Source: Candidatus Moraniibacteriota bacterium
GTDB taxonomy: Bacteria; Patescibacteriota; Minisyncoccia; Moranbacterales; UBA1568
Length of the DNA stretch: 64,000 bases
Direction: 5' to 3'
Assembly: GCA_030648835.1 (NCBI GenBank)
Contig: JAUSGT010000002.1
Coordinates: 373,458-437,457 of the forward strand
The notes beneath the pieces are model-generated. The model ran no database searches. It had not been told where the DNA came from and worked only from the letters and a program-made list of their open reading frames with translations. Both the position numbers and the translations under genes were made by a program. Positions within the stretch are counted from its first letter, which is position 1. The number at the start of each line of letters is the position of its first letter. This document shows positions 51,340-60,895 of the stretch, piece after piece.

Positions 51340-51404
51340 TTTCGATTGTGGTACTGCGGGTGGTAATGCTGATTCTTAGCAGAACCCCCGCTTTTTTTTT
51401 GCTT

Positions 51405-51530
51405 CAAAATAGGATATACTGGGGAAGAATTAGGTATTATGTATAGTGTATTATGTATCAGGCGAGAGGTCTGAGCATTTTCTTTGTATTTATACATACT
51501 ACTTGATACCTGATACTTGATACTTTTTCA
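51405..51530. repeat. AT-rich palindromic word spacer S2b
   Basis: TGTATAGTGTATTATGTATCA and TGATACTTTTTCAAA words shared with S2a. Confidence 0.6.
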
Positions 51531-51533
51531 AAA

Positions 51534-53834
51534 ATGTATTTAAAGAAACTCGAAATTTCCGGTTTTAAATCCTTTGCCAATAGGACTGTTTTGGATTTTC
51601 TTCCCGACTTTGACGTTGCCGGGAGCAGTAAATCAGGGATCACGGTCATCGTCGGACCAAACGGCAGCGGTAAGTCCAACGTAGCTGACGCCATACGCTG
51701 GGCCATCGGCGAACAATCGCTCAAGAATTTGCGCGGCAAGAAATCCGAAGACGTCATCTTCGCGGGGACGGACAAAAAAACCCGTCTCGGTACGGCTTCG
51801 GTGACTCTGTATTTCGATAATTCCGACAAACGCATCCCGATAGAGTTTGCGGAAGTGTCCATTACGAGAAAGGTCTATAGGAGCGGTGAGAGCGAGTATC
51901 TTATCAATGGCGCGCGCGTGCGTTTACTCGACATCGTCGATCTTTTGGCGAAGGCCGGTATTGGTAAGGACAGTTATTGTGTCATCACGCAGGGGATGAG
52001 TGATGCGGTACTGAATGCATCGCCTATTGAGCGACGGGCGGTTTTCGAAGACGCGGCCGGAGTGAAACAATACCAAATTGAAAAGGAACGCGCCTTGCGG
52101 AAGTTGGAGAGTACGCGCGAGAATCTGGTACGGGTGGACAGTCTTCTTCAGGAAATCGAACCGCATTTGAAGAACTTGCGTCGCCAGGCGGAAAAAGCCG
52201 GTGCCGGTAAAGAGATCGCGGAAAAACTGCGTGTCAAACAAGTGCTCCTCTACAGTTTTCTTTGGGATAATTTTCAGGGTGAACGGGGAGTTCTCCTCAA
52301 GGAGCGCGACACGGCGCAGAAACAGGTATTCGATTTGGAAGTAGAGACCAACACTCTCAAGCGCGAAGTGACGGAGGCTTCGGGAGCAATGGAAGATCAA
52401 AGCCAGGAAGAGAAAATCGGTCACGCTCTGGACGCCGCGCGTAATGAAGCAAACATCCTTTTGCGCGATAGAAGTATCATTGAGGGGAAAATTGAGATCG
52501 AGAAAGAAAAGCAAAAAATAGAGGAAGCTATCCGTGTCATTCCTGTCGATCTCAAGTACGTCAAGCGGGCGCTTGAAGAAATTCGCGCCAATCAAAGCGA
52601 GCTTATCGATCGCATTCAAAACGCGGAGAAACTCGAAGACTTGCAGGATATTCGTGAATTTGCCCAAGTTATCAAACAAAAACTTTATGATTTGTACGAG
52701 AAGGCCGGCAAAGGGAGTGTCAAAGAAAAGCAGATTATCGCCTTGCCGGATGCGGAGAAGAAAATAAGCGATGAGCGTTTGGCGTCTCTTATAAAAGAGA
52801 AAGAAACTTGCAATAAGCGTTTGGGAGTCTTGGAGAAGACCATTCAGGAGAAAGAACGGGAGTTGCAAGTTTTGCGTGCGGCCAGTCGCAGCAGTCGGGA
52901 AATTTTCTTTAGCAAGGAGAAAGAGTGGCGTGAGAAGGAATACAAACTAACCTCGCTCAAGGATCAATTGAACGAAGTGAAAGTGCGGTTGGCACGGGTG
53001 GAAGTGCGTGAAGAAGATCTTGTTAATCTGGTTCGCGCGGAGCTCTCACAGGGAGTGGATACTCTCAAATATGACGGTACTCCCGTGGAACGTGAGAAAT
53101 TGGAACGTGAAATCGCGCGGCTCAAGGTAGAGGTGGAGCATATCGGTACCATCGATCCAATGGTCATGGAAGAATATCAGGAAACGGAAGAACGCTTTAC
53201 TTTTTTGACTCGCGAGTCGATCGATCTCAAGCAAGCGACAGAATCACTGCATACGGTTATCAAAGAAATGGATCAGAAGATCGATAAAGTATTCCACGCG
53301 GCGTTTTTGGAGATTAAGAAAAAATTTACAGCCTATTTCAAAATCATTTTCGGAGGTGGCAAAGCAGATATCGAAATAGTGAAGATAAGGAAGCGCAGAG
53401 TAGGTATCGAAAATGAAGATTTAGGAGAAGAGAATGAAGAATCCGCCGACGCCGAGGCTGTGGCGGACGAGGTTGGTATCGAAATTTATGCTTGTCCCCC
53501 GGGGAAGAAAATCACCCATCTTTCGATGCTCTCCGGCGGTGAACGCTCTTTGACATCTTTGGCACTTCTCTTTGCTATCATTTCACACAATCCGCCACCG
53601 TTCGCGGTCTTGGATGAGGTGGAAGCGGCTCTCGATGAAGCCAATTCCAAGCGTTTTGGCACGATGCTCCGTGAACTCTCTCTTCACACACAATTTATTG
53701 CTATCACACACAACCGTGAAACGATGTCCCAAGCTGGACTGCTCTATGGCGTGACGATGGGTGCGGATGGTGTTTCTCAACTCCTCTCTGTTCGTTTGGA
53801 TCAGGTAGGAGAGAATGGGAAATTGAAAGCGTAA
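51534..53834 (+). CDS. smc: SMC-family chromosome segregation ATPase (short, 766 aa)
   Basis: Walker A GPNGSGKSN. Coiled coils. ABC signature LSGGERSLTSLALL. Walker B FAVLDEVEAALD. Confidence 0.8.
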   Translation: MYLKKLEISGFKSFANRTVLDFLPDFDVAGSSKSGITVIVGPNGSGKSNVADAIRWAIGEQSLKNLRGKKSEDVIFAGTDKKTRLGTASVTLYFDNSDKRIPIEFAEVSITRKVYRSGESEYLINGARVRLLDIVDLLAKAGIGKDSYCVITQGMSDAVLNASPIERRAVFEDAAGVKQYQIEKERALRKLESTRENLVRVDSLLQEIEPHLKNLRRQAEKAGAGKEIAEKLRVKQVLLYSFLWDNFQGERGVLLKERDTAQKQVFDLEVETNTLKREVTEASGAMEDQSQEEKIGHALDAARNEANILLRDRSIIEGKIEIEKEKQKIEEAIRVIPVDLKYVKRALEEIRANQSELIDRIQNAEKLEDLQDIREFAQVIKQKLYDLYEKAGKGSVKEKQIIALPDAEKKISDERLASLIKEKETCNKRLGVLEKTIQEKERELQVLRAASRSSREIFFSKEKEWREKEYKLTSLKDQLNEVKVRLARVEVREEDLVNLVRAELSQGVDTLKYDGTPVEREKLEREIARLKVEVEHIGTIDPMVMEEYQETEERFTFLTRESIDLKQATESLHTVIKEMDQKIDKVFHAAFLEIKKKFTAYFKIIFGGGKADIEIVKIRKRRVGIENEDLGEENEESADAEAVADEVGIEIYACPPGKKITHLSMLSGGERSLTSLALLFAIISHNPPPFAVLDEVEAALDEANSKRFGTMLRELSLHTQFIAITHNRETMSQAGLLYGVTMGADGVSQLLSVRLDQVGENGKLKA

Positions 53835-53917
53835 GGGATCGTGATGATGGGGTTGACGCGCTTTGAAAAGTACGTTAGAGTAAAACCTGTATTGTTATAA
53901 AACTATTTATTTGAATT

Positions 53918-54532
53918 ATGTTGGCTATCCGTTTCAACCGCACAGGCAAGAGAAACCACGCGTCTTTCCGTGTGGTGCTTCAAGAACATACCAAGGCCCC
54001 GGGGAAACGCCATGTGGAAATTTTGGGGAGTTACGATCCGCACAAGAAGGCCACCATTTTGAATAAAGACCGAATTTTGTATTGGATCGGTCAGGGCGCA
54101 CAGACTTCCCCGGTGGTAACAAATTTGCTCATTCGTGAGGGTATCATCGAAAGGAAAAAGATTGCCAAGAAAATGCCCCGTCCCGTCGTAAAAGAGCCCG
54201 CCGCCGCTCTAGCTGTGGCGGACAAGCCCGTTGTTGAAGCGAAAGCAGAGGAAGCTGCTGCTCCAGTTGTAGAAGAGGGGGTTAAGGTAGAAGAGACCCC
54301 CGCATCAGTTGCCCCAGAAACGAAAACGGAAGAGGCATCCGTATCGGCTGAAGGAGTAAAGATAGAAGAGGTTTCTGCCGAAGCTCTCGTGGAAGAAGTA
54401 AAAGTATCAGAAACAGCGCCAGCTGAAGCTAACGCGGAGATGGTTGCCGAAACAGCAGTTGAAGCCAAGGAAGAAGTGCCTGTTGTCGAGAGCGTTCCTG
54501 CAGCAGAAGTCTCTGCTGAACCAAAAGCCTAA
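53918..54532 (+). CDS. rpsP: 30S ribosomal protein S16 with a roughly 120 aa Ala/Glu/Val-rich C-terminal extension
   Basis: MLAIRFNRTGKRNHASFRVV core. Low-complexity tail. Confidence 0.85.
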   Translation: MLAIRFNRTGKRNHASFRVVLQEHTKAPGKRHVEILGSYDPHKKATILNKDRILYWIGQGAQTSPVVTNLLIREGIIERKKIAKKMPRPVVKEPAAALAVADKPVVEAKAEEAAAPVVEEGVKVEETPASVAPETKTEEASVSAEGVKIEEVSAEALVEEVKVSETAPAEANAEMVAETAVEAKEEVPVVESVPAAEVSAEPKA

Positions 54533-54538
54533 TACTTG

Positions 54539-54609
54539 TGTCGTCCCGGACTTGATCCGGGATCCAGAGAATCATCATTCTAGATTCCGGCTCGGTGGCC
54601 GGAATGACA
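54539..54609. repeat. Palindromic element, inverted-orientation copy (GTCGTCCCGGACTTGATCCGGGAT ... CCGGCTCGGTGGCCGGAATGACA)
   Basis: Reverse complement of the hairpin-2 region of the 36825 copy, plus an ATGACA terminus. Confidence 0.65.
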
Positions 54610-54770
54610 AACGGGGAGGGCTTGACTGGAAAGAGGAAAAAGAGTACCATCAATATACAACAAAATATCCGTAGACATGAGGCAAAGAAGTAAGTCCTCA
54701 CGAGGAATGACTCAGAGTGTGCTCCAAAAGATAGCACTCAGGAGTTGTTTATAAAGAGATTTTCTCACAG

Positions 54771-54800
54771 TCTGCGGTTCTTGCCGCAGATTTTCGTTTT
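54771..54800 (+). promoter_or_regulatory. L10 leader hairpin (TCTGCGGTTCTTGCCGCAGA plus T-rich), putative autoregulatory attenuator
   Basis: Stem-loop plus TTTTCGTTTTT immediately upstream of rplJ. The same hairpin motif occurs at 13225..13243. Confidence 0.4.
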
Positions 54801-54820
54801 TAAATGTCATATTACATTAT

Positions 54821-55342
54821 ATGCAGAACAAACAGCAGAAAAAAACACTTGTCGCGGAAGTGACCAAGAAAATCAAAGCTTCCAAAGCTCTGGTGTTTGC
54901 CAATTTCAAGGGGGTGTCAGTGAAGGATGTGACGACCGTTCGCAAGGAACTGACGCAGAGCGGTTCCGGTTGGCAAGTGCTCAAGAAAACACTTTTGAAT
55001 ATCGCGCTCAAGGATGCCGGTATCGCAATTGATGTAAGAAAACTGGATGGGCAGATTGGTGTGGCATTTTCTCACGATGAAGTCACCGCCGCCAAAGTAC
55101 TCGCTCAATTTGCCAAAGCTAACAAAGAGATACCGTTTACCATCGAAGGCGGAGCACTCGGCGTCAAAGAGCTTTCCATAGACGAGGTTAAAGCGCTTGC
55201 CAAGCTCCCGAGCCAAGATGAGCTCAGAGCGCAATTGGTGGGGACGCTCCAGGCGCCGATTTCCAGTTTTGTCCGAGTTTTGAGTGGCAATCTCCGTGGG
55301 TTGGTGCAGGTGTTGAAAGCGATTGAAGAAAAGAAAGCATAA
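54821..55342 (+). CDS. rplJ: 50S ribosomal protein L10
   Basis: L10 family sequence. Upstream of rplL. Confidence 0.9.
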   Translation: MQNKQQKKTLVAEVTKKIKASKALVFANFKGVSVKDVTTVRKELTQSGSGWQVLKKTLLNIALKDAGIAIDVRKLDGQIGVAFSHDEVTAAKVLAQFAKANKEIPFTIEGGALGVKELSIDEVKALAKLPSQDELRAQLVGTLQAPISSFVRVLSGNLRGLVQVLKAIEEKKA

Positions 55343-55381
55343 TTTTATTATCAACTAAGTAATTTAAATAAGTATAACTCT

Positions 55382-55789
55382 ATGTCAGAGGAAAAGAAGG
55401 AAATCGTGGTGCCGGCGAAGTTTGAAAAACTCGTGGCAGAAATTGAGAAAATGAGCGTGCTCGATCTTTCCGAGCTTGTGAAGGTTCTCGAGGATAAGTT
55501 TGGCGTGTCAGCCGCCGCTCCAATGATGATGGGGGCGATGCCGGCTGCCGCGGGAGTTGCCGAAGCTGCCGAAGAGAAAACCGAGTTTGATGTCGAACTA
55601 ACGGCCGCCGGTCAGCAGAAGATCAACGCCATCAAAGCGGTGCGGGAAATCACCGGTCTGGGGTTGAAAGAAGCCAAAGATATGGTAGACGCCGCTCCGA
55701 AGGTTATCAAGGAAAAAGTGTCCAAGGCCGATGCCGAGAATTTTAAAAAGAAGCTCGAGGAAGCCGGCGCGACTGTGACCTTGAAGTAA
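55382..55789 (+). CDS. rplL: 50S ribosomal protein L7/L12
   Basis: Ala-rich hinge plus a conserved C-terminal domain ([21 protein letters not shown]). Confidence 0.95.
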   Translation: MSEEKKEIVVPAKFEKLVAEIEKMSVLDLSELVKVLEDKFGVSAAAPMMMGAMPAAAGVAEAAEEKTEFDVELTAAGQQKINAIKAVREITGLGLKEAKDMVDAAPKVIKEKVSKADAENFKKKLEEAGATVTLK

Positions 55790-55825
55790 TCGGATATTTT
55801 GAAGATTCTTTTGAAAAATACCCCG

Positions 55826-55852
55826 ACTGTTTGTCCGGGGTTTTTTCTTTGT
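55826..55852 (+). terminator. Rho-independent terminator after rplL
   Basis: CCCCGACTGTTTGTCCGGGG plus T-run. Confidence 0.6.
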
Positions 55853-55897
55853 TGTTTCTCGGGTATAATGAAGAAGGTAAACCGGTAAGAATGTACT

Positions 55898-56494
55898 ATG
55901 GAATTTTTTGGGATTGATTTGATATCTTTGATCAAAGCAGTCGGGTATGTTGGGGTATTTTTTATAGTGTTTGCGGAAACAGGGTTATTTTTGGGATTTT
56001 TTTTGCCGGGAGATAGTCTTCTCTTTATAGCGGGTCTGTTGGCAAAGCAGGGTTTCTTTTCTTTGTCGGTGCTTGTCTTCGGGTTATTTATTTCCGCTGT
56101 TTTGGGAAATCTGTTCGGGTATGAATTTGGACGACGGATCGGGCCGAAACTTTTCAGCCGAGAAGACTCGCTTATTTTCAAAAAGGCGCACGCGCTCAAA
56201 GCGCAGAGTTTTTACGATAAGCATGGACCGAAGACAATCCTTCTGGCGCGCTTTATGCCTATTGTGCGGACATTCGCGCCGATTGTGGCAGGGGTAGCCA
56301 ATATGCGTTACCCGGTGTTTTTTTTGTATAATCTTATTGGGGCGTTTCTCTGGACAATCGGGCTTGTTTTTCTCGGATACTTTCTGGGAAATGTAATTGA
56401 CGTCGACAAATATCTTTTGCCAATCATACTTATCATTATTTTCCTCTCTTTTCTTCCAGCAATCACTGCGTATGTACGAGAGAGATATCGGTAA
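55898..56494 (+). CDS. dedA: DedA/TVP38 family membrane protein
   Basis: GFFLPGDSLLF motif. Multi-TM. Confidence 0.8.
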   Translation: MEFFGIDLISLIKAVGYVGVFFIVFAETGLFLGFFLPGDSLLFIAGLLAKQGFFSLSVLVFGLFISAVLGNLFGYEFGRRIGPKLFSREDSLIFKKAHALKAQSFYDKHGPKTILLARFMPIVRTFAPIVAGVANMRYPVFFLYNLIGAFLWTIGLVFLGYFLGNVIDVDKYLLPIILIIIFLSFLPAITAYVRERYR

Positions 56495-56496
56495 AC

Positions 56497-56526
56497 AAAA
56501 ATCCCCACTTCTCAGCGGGGATTTTT
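56497..56526. terminator. Bidirectional terminator (AAAATCCCCAC...GGGGATTTTT) between convergent genes
   Basis: A-run, 6 bp GC stem, T-run. Confidence 0.6.
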
Positions 56527-56540
56527 GTTATGACCTTTTG

Positions 56541-57353
56541 TTACCACATCCAGCGAGTGAGAACGAAAAAGTAGATGATGAGAAGAACCCAAAAGCTTGA
56601 AATAAAGAAGCGGCGGCCTCGGGCTTTCAGTTGTTCGTTCATGGCTATTTCTTTTGTCACCAAACCGAAATCTTTGAAGACAAAAATAGATTCATAGAGC
56701 CGAACAATGACGACCCACGTGACGAAGAGCATCACCAGGATGCCGAGTCCTGCCAGAGAAGGATTGGCGAGTTCCGCTGTCGGTGTCCCACCGCCAAACT
56801 TTAGCCACTTCATCCATCCGCTCCATTTCATCGCATAGACGTGGATGAGGGTGAAGAGAATGACGAGGCGGAGTCCCCAACGTTGTAAAAACCACCAACG
56901 ACTCGCGCCTATGAGATCGATGGCTCTCTTGAAAGAAATGATAAAAAGAAAAAGGAGCAAAACCGTCCCGATCAGCCCGGCAGCGAATGGTAGAGAGTCA
57001 AAAGTCAGGTATACTTGGGGAAACTTGAGGGGGAGCATGAAATACGAAATGAACGCATGAAAGAAAACGAGAAATCCGCCCACGATACCAATTTCTTTGC
57101 GGTAACCGAGCCACTTATCGAAGCGGTCGAAATAGCGCACGATTGGACCGATGAGAAACGCAAAAGCCAGAAGTACCGTACCGACCCCGACGATCGCTTT
57201 ATTGGGGACATAGAGCATATCGGCAGTCGGAGGCGCGTCGAAAAAATAGCCACGGCGGATAAGAAGGTAACAACCAAAGAACACCGTTAACGCACTTGCA
57301 ATAAGCAAAGAAATGAGGTAGTCACGAAAACCAGATGGTTTGTGCATGTCCAT
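56541..57353 (-). CDS. Polytopic membrane protein, possibly ferric-reductase-like/MsrQ-like
   Basis: Six or more TM helices with conserved His (FHAFISYF; IHVYAMKWSGW). Confidence 0.4.
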   Translation of the reverse strand: MDMHKPSGFRDYLISLLIASALTVFFGCYLLIRRGYFFDAPPTADMLYVPNKAIVGVGTVLLAFAFLIGPIVRYFDRFDKWLGYRKEIGIVGGFLVFFHAFISYFMLPLKFPQVYLTFDSLPFAAGLIGTVLLLFLFIISFKRAIDLIGASRWWFLQRWGLRLVILFTLIHVYAMKWSGWMKWLKFGGGTPTAELANPSLAGLGILVMLFVTWVVIVRLYESIFVFKDFGLVTKEIAMNEQLKARGRRFFISSFWVLLIIYFFVLTRWMW

Positions 57354-57429
57354 TTTATTGTTATTAATTACTTAATAGTATAGCATCTATTTTGTGTTTT
57401 CGTGGCTGGAAAAGTATCATACGTCGTGG

Positions 57430-58053
57430 TCAAAGTGGTGTTGTTAATAAACGAGAGAGTGCATCTATGATTGGCTTCATTTCTAGCTGTTCTTCTTTTT
57501 GGGTATGTTGTACCGCTGGTTTATTGGTAGCTTTGGAAATATAGAGGGCGCGCACCGGCATCTGGATGTGTGTTTCCCCGAACTCTTGATCGGTCAAGAT
57601 GACCTCTCGTTTGGAATCGGCTGTGTGTATAGTCCCATCGGGATCAAGCAAGACGAAAGCTTCTATCCACGCTGCGTCTACTTTTCCCCCGTGCTTTTTT
57701 GCGATCTTTCTCCAAAATTCCAAAAGAGCTTTTCCGATTTCTTTTTTGGTGAGTGTCTGCTCGTTTTTCCCCGCCAGAGCGATTCTTTTTGGCGCGTCGA
57801 CGAGACCTTCTCCTTCAACGAAGAAGCCGGTATCGTTGGCAAGAATCGGCATAGCGACTTTTCCGAAGTAGGCGCGCGCTTTGATTTCCGCGTTTTCAGC
57901 CAAGGTTTTTCCATTTTCTTCGGCCTCGATGTCTTCGATTTTCAAATCGAGAGGCGTGAAAACCTCCACGTCAAACCCGGTATGGCGGATGAGATCTTTG
58001 AATCTTTCAATCTTTCCTTCGTTTTGTGTGGCGAGGAATATTTTCTTTCTCAT
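57430..58053 (-). CDS. rdgB: Non-canonical purine NTP pyrophosphatase (RdgB/HAM1)
   Basis: FLATQNEGKIERF is N-terminal Ham1-like. Confidence 0.7.
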   Translation of the reverse strand: MRKKIFLATQNEGKIERFKDLIRHTGFDVEVFTPLDLKIEDIEAEENGKTLAENAEIKARAYFGKVAMPILANDTGFFVEGEGLVDAPKRIALAGKNEQTLTKKEIGKALLEFWRKIAKKHGGKVDAAWIEAFVLLDPDGTIHTADSKREVILTDQEFGETHIQMPVRALYISKATNKPAVQHTQKEEQLEMKPIIDALSRLLTTPL

Positions 58054-58062
58054 AGATTTCGA

Positions 58063-58659
58063 TTACTGTAGTTTTTGGACGATATCTTCCCATGAGGAAA
58101 CACGGACGATAGGGGGAAAGACCTCCATCTGATTCCATGGACGATTAAAGAGAAAAACCTGTTCGCAGACAGTCGCGACATCGAGAGCGTGGGCGGGGCC
58201 GTCTTCGACGAACACCTGGATGCCAAGCCGTCTGCAGAGCTCACTTTTTGTCCTACGCTTATTTTTATCCCCAAGCCAATGGTTCGTGAAATGAATAGAT
58301 TGGAACATTGCGGGAAAGTGTTTCTCCAGCCACTTTACAGTCAGGGGGCGTAAATAGTCAGGTTTGGAAGTGACCAGGATAAGCGAGTGATTCTTTCTTA
58401 AACGTTCGATGCCTTGCACGGCGCCTGATACGGGCAGGGCATTTTTGTGTTCATCGGTGAGATAGAAATCAACTATTTTGGCAACAGCCTCTGCTCGTGT
58501 GCATTTCCAGATGTCTTCTATAAAGTATGACGTCACGTCTTTGTGCTCGAAGGACGTCCCATACGTAGCATTGTGCCAGGCATAGAGGGTAGGATTGAAA
58601 TCAAGGAGGACATCATCCAAATCAATGCCAATAATTTTTTTCTTCTTTTGCGTATGCAT
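58063..58659 (-). CDS. HAD-superfamily 5'(3')-deoxyribonucleotidase (NT5C-like)
   Basis: N-terminal GIDLDDVL DxD motif. Confidence 0.6.
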   Translation of the reverse strand: MHTQKKKKIIGIDLDDVLLDFNPTLYAWHNATYGTSFEHKDVTSYFIEDIWKCTRAEAVAKIVDFYLTDEHKNALPVSGAVQGIERLRKNHSLILVTSKPDYLRPLTVKWLEKHFPAMFQSIHFTNHWLGDKNKRRTKSELCRRLGIQVFVEDGPAHALDVATVCEQVFLFNRPWNQMEVFPPIVRVSSWEDIVQKLQ

Positions 58660-58684
58660 TATGTTTATTGGTCATTGGTTTTTT

Positions 58685-59800
58685 TTAGCGTACTGTCTGA
58701 TAACCACCATGCACCCCGTTTTTGGAAAGCACAATCTGCCAGAGTTGGCTGTCACGAGCACGAAATGCCCCTGCCACACAGAGGAGATAATATTTCCACA
58801 TACGATAGAAGCGCTCATCATATTTATCTTTGAGCCGTGGCCAGGCAGTATCAAAGTTGGCAAACCAGACCATGAGGGTTTTATCGTAATCTGCACCGAA
58901 GTTATGCCAGTCCTCCATCACAAAAAGACCCTCAATCGCCTTCCCTATCTGTGAAATTGAAGGGAACATACCGTTGGGGAAAATGTACTTATCGAACCAA
59001 GGGTCGCCGATAACAGTCGTTTCATTACCCCCAATCGTATGAAGGAGGAATATTCCATCATCAGTGAGATTTCGATATACCACCCTCATGAGCTCTCGAT
59101 AATTTTTATACCCCACGTGTTCAATCATCCCGCAGACAAGGATTTTATTAAAGCTGCTCTTAAGGTCTCGGTAATCCTGTAAGCGCAGTTCTACAGGGAG
59201 GCCTTTGGTAAACTTTTTTGCATAGGCTAGTTGTTCTTTTGAAATCGTAATTCCTGTGACCGAGACGCCAAAATGAAGTGCAGCATATTTAGCAAATCCT
59301 CCCCAGCCACAGCCAATGTCGAGTACTCTATCGCCGGGCTTGAGTCGTAGTTTTTTGCAAATGAGATCTAATTTTTGTTCCTGCGCAACGTTGAGATTTT
59401 CTGTGTTTTTGAAATAGCCACAGGTGTATTGATTGTACGGATCCAGAAATGAGGTATAGAGTTCTGTACTAAGATCATAGTGTTCGCGCGCAACAATTGT
59501 TGCGCGTGCTCTCGATTGTCTATTGAAAAGGACACTGGCAATATTTTGTAAAATCTTTCCAGTTTGGCTGATTCGCTTATCCAGTCGCATGTGTAACACT
59601 CTTGTAAAAAATTCATCTAAACATTTTACATCCCACCACCCGTCCATATAGGACTCGCCTAAGCCGATCGATCCTTGAAACAAAACTCTGCGATAAAATC
59701 GCTCGTCATGAACGGTAACATCCCATGGTCGGTCGCCATTTATTTGGATGTCAGCTTCAGCTAATATCTTCTGTGATTTTTCTTTGAGAGAGAGGGTCAT
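58685..59800 (-). CDS. cfa: Cyclopropane-fatty-acyl-phospholipid synthase family SAM-dependent methyltransferase
   Basis: VLDIGCGWGGFAKYAA motif I. CFA synthase-like N-terminal region. Confidence 0.8.
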   Translation of the reverse strand: MTLSLKEKSQKILAEADIQINGDRPWDVTVHDERFYRRVLFQGSIGLGESYMDGWWDVKCLDEFFTRVLHMRLDKRISQTGKILQNIASVLFNRQSRARATIVAREHYDLSTELYTSFLDPYNQYTCGYFKNTENLNVAQEQKLDLICKKLRLKPGDRVLDIGCGWGGFAKYAALHFGVSVTGITISKEQLAYAKKFTKGLPVELRLQDYRDLKSSFNKILVCGMIEHVGYKNYRELMRVVYRNLTDDGIFLLHTIGGNETTVIGDPWFDKYIFPNGMFPSISQIGKAIEGLFVMEDWHNFGADYDKTLMVWFANFDTAWPRLKDKYDERFYRMWKYYLLCVAGAFRARDSQLWQIVLSKNGVHGGYQTVR

Positions 59801-59813
59801 TTTTTTGACTCAT

Positions 59814-60716
59814 TCAAGCACCCAAGAGGTATTTTAGCAGAGCCATACGGATGAGCAAGCCGTAATGAGTTTGTTTGAAATAAATGGCTTTTTTGGATTT
59901 GTCTACTTCCGGAAGAATCTCATCCACGCGTGGCAGGGGGTGCATAATAATCGATTTGGTTCGCATCCGTTTTACCAGCTTTTCGTCTATCTGATAACAG
60001 CCTTTGAGTTTCTGGTATTCTTCTTCACTTTTGAAGCGTTCTTTCTGAACTCTCGTCACGTAAAGAACATCCACTTTGGAAATGACAGTGTCGAGATCGG
60101 CTGTTTCCGTGTAATCAATCCTGTGTTCCTCCAGATAGCTTTTGATATCGTCACCGACTTTCAGAACGTGTGGTGAGACAAAGTATATCTTGATATTTTT
60201 GTATTTTCCGAGCAAGTAGGAAAGCGAACGGATTGTCCGGCCATTTTTCAGGTCGCCGATGAATGCGATGCTGATATCATCAATTTTTCCGAGTTCCTTT
60301 TTAATGGTGTAGAGATCGAGCAGAGCCTGAGTAGGATGTTGGCCGGCTCCATCGCCGGCATTGATGAGCGGTACTTCGGAAACGGTGGCCGCCCTGGCCG
60401 ATGCGCCTTGCTCATAATGACGCATCACGATCACGTCGACGTAGTTGTTGATGACGCGGATGGAATCTTCCAAGGTTTCTCCTTTGGCAGCGGAAGAAAA
60501 CTCTTTGGCGTTTTCCGTGGTGATGACACTGCCACCGAGGCGGAGCATTGCCGATTCGAATGAAAACCGGGTCCGTGTGCTCGGTTCGTAAAAAAGAGCC
60601 GCCATTATTTTCCCTTTGAGCGGCGTTCCGGTTTTTTTCTCCAACTTGTCTGCCATGGAGAAAAGCTGGCCAAGTATTTTCCGGTCAAACTGCTGTGACT
60701 CGACAACGTGTTTCAT
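59814..60716 (-). CDS. pyrB: Aspartate carbamoyltransferase catalytic subunit
   Basis: STRTR. HPTQALLD. HPLP motifs. Confidence 0.8.
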   Translation of the reverse strand: MKHVVESQQFDRKILGQLFSMADKLEKKTGTPLKGKIMAALFYEPSTRTRFSFESAMLRLGGSVITTENAKEFSSAAKGETLEDSIRVINNYVDVIVMRHYEQGASARAATVSEVPLINAGDGAGQHPTQALLDLYTIKKELGKIDDISIAFIGDLKNGRTIRSLSYLLGKYKNIKIYFVSPHVLKVGDDIKSYLEEHRIDYTETADLDTVISKVDVLYVTRVQKERFKSEEEYQKLKGCYQIDEKLVKRMRTKSIIMHPLPRVDEILPEVDKSKKAIYFKQTHYGLLIRMALLKYLLGA

Positions 60717-60895
60717 ACGTTTGGAGATTATGATTTAACAATTTATCGAGTATTTTGAAAAAATTTGATATTTATCTATTTTACAATACCACAAATAGAA
60801 AAGCCCCTAAAGAGAAGCTTCAATTTTCTTGTTTGATTTCTACCTCTAAATTATATCAAATTTTGATACCAAAAGGCATCAAAATTTGCTAATGC

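Noticed and set aside
50853-51400. RNase P RNA or tmRNA in the rnc-smc intergenic region
   Set aside because: Only a superficial 3'-end resemblance (CAGAACCCCCGC) was seen. The universally conserved P4 core GGAAAGUCCGG, and the tmRNA T-arm/ACCA end, were not found by eye. Retained only as an unclassified structured region or small ORF.
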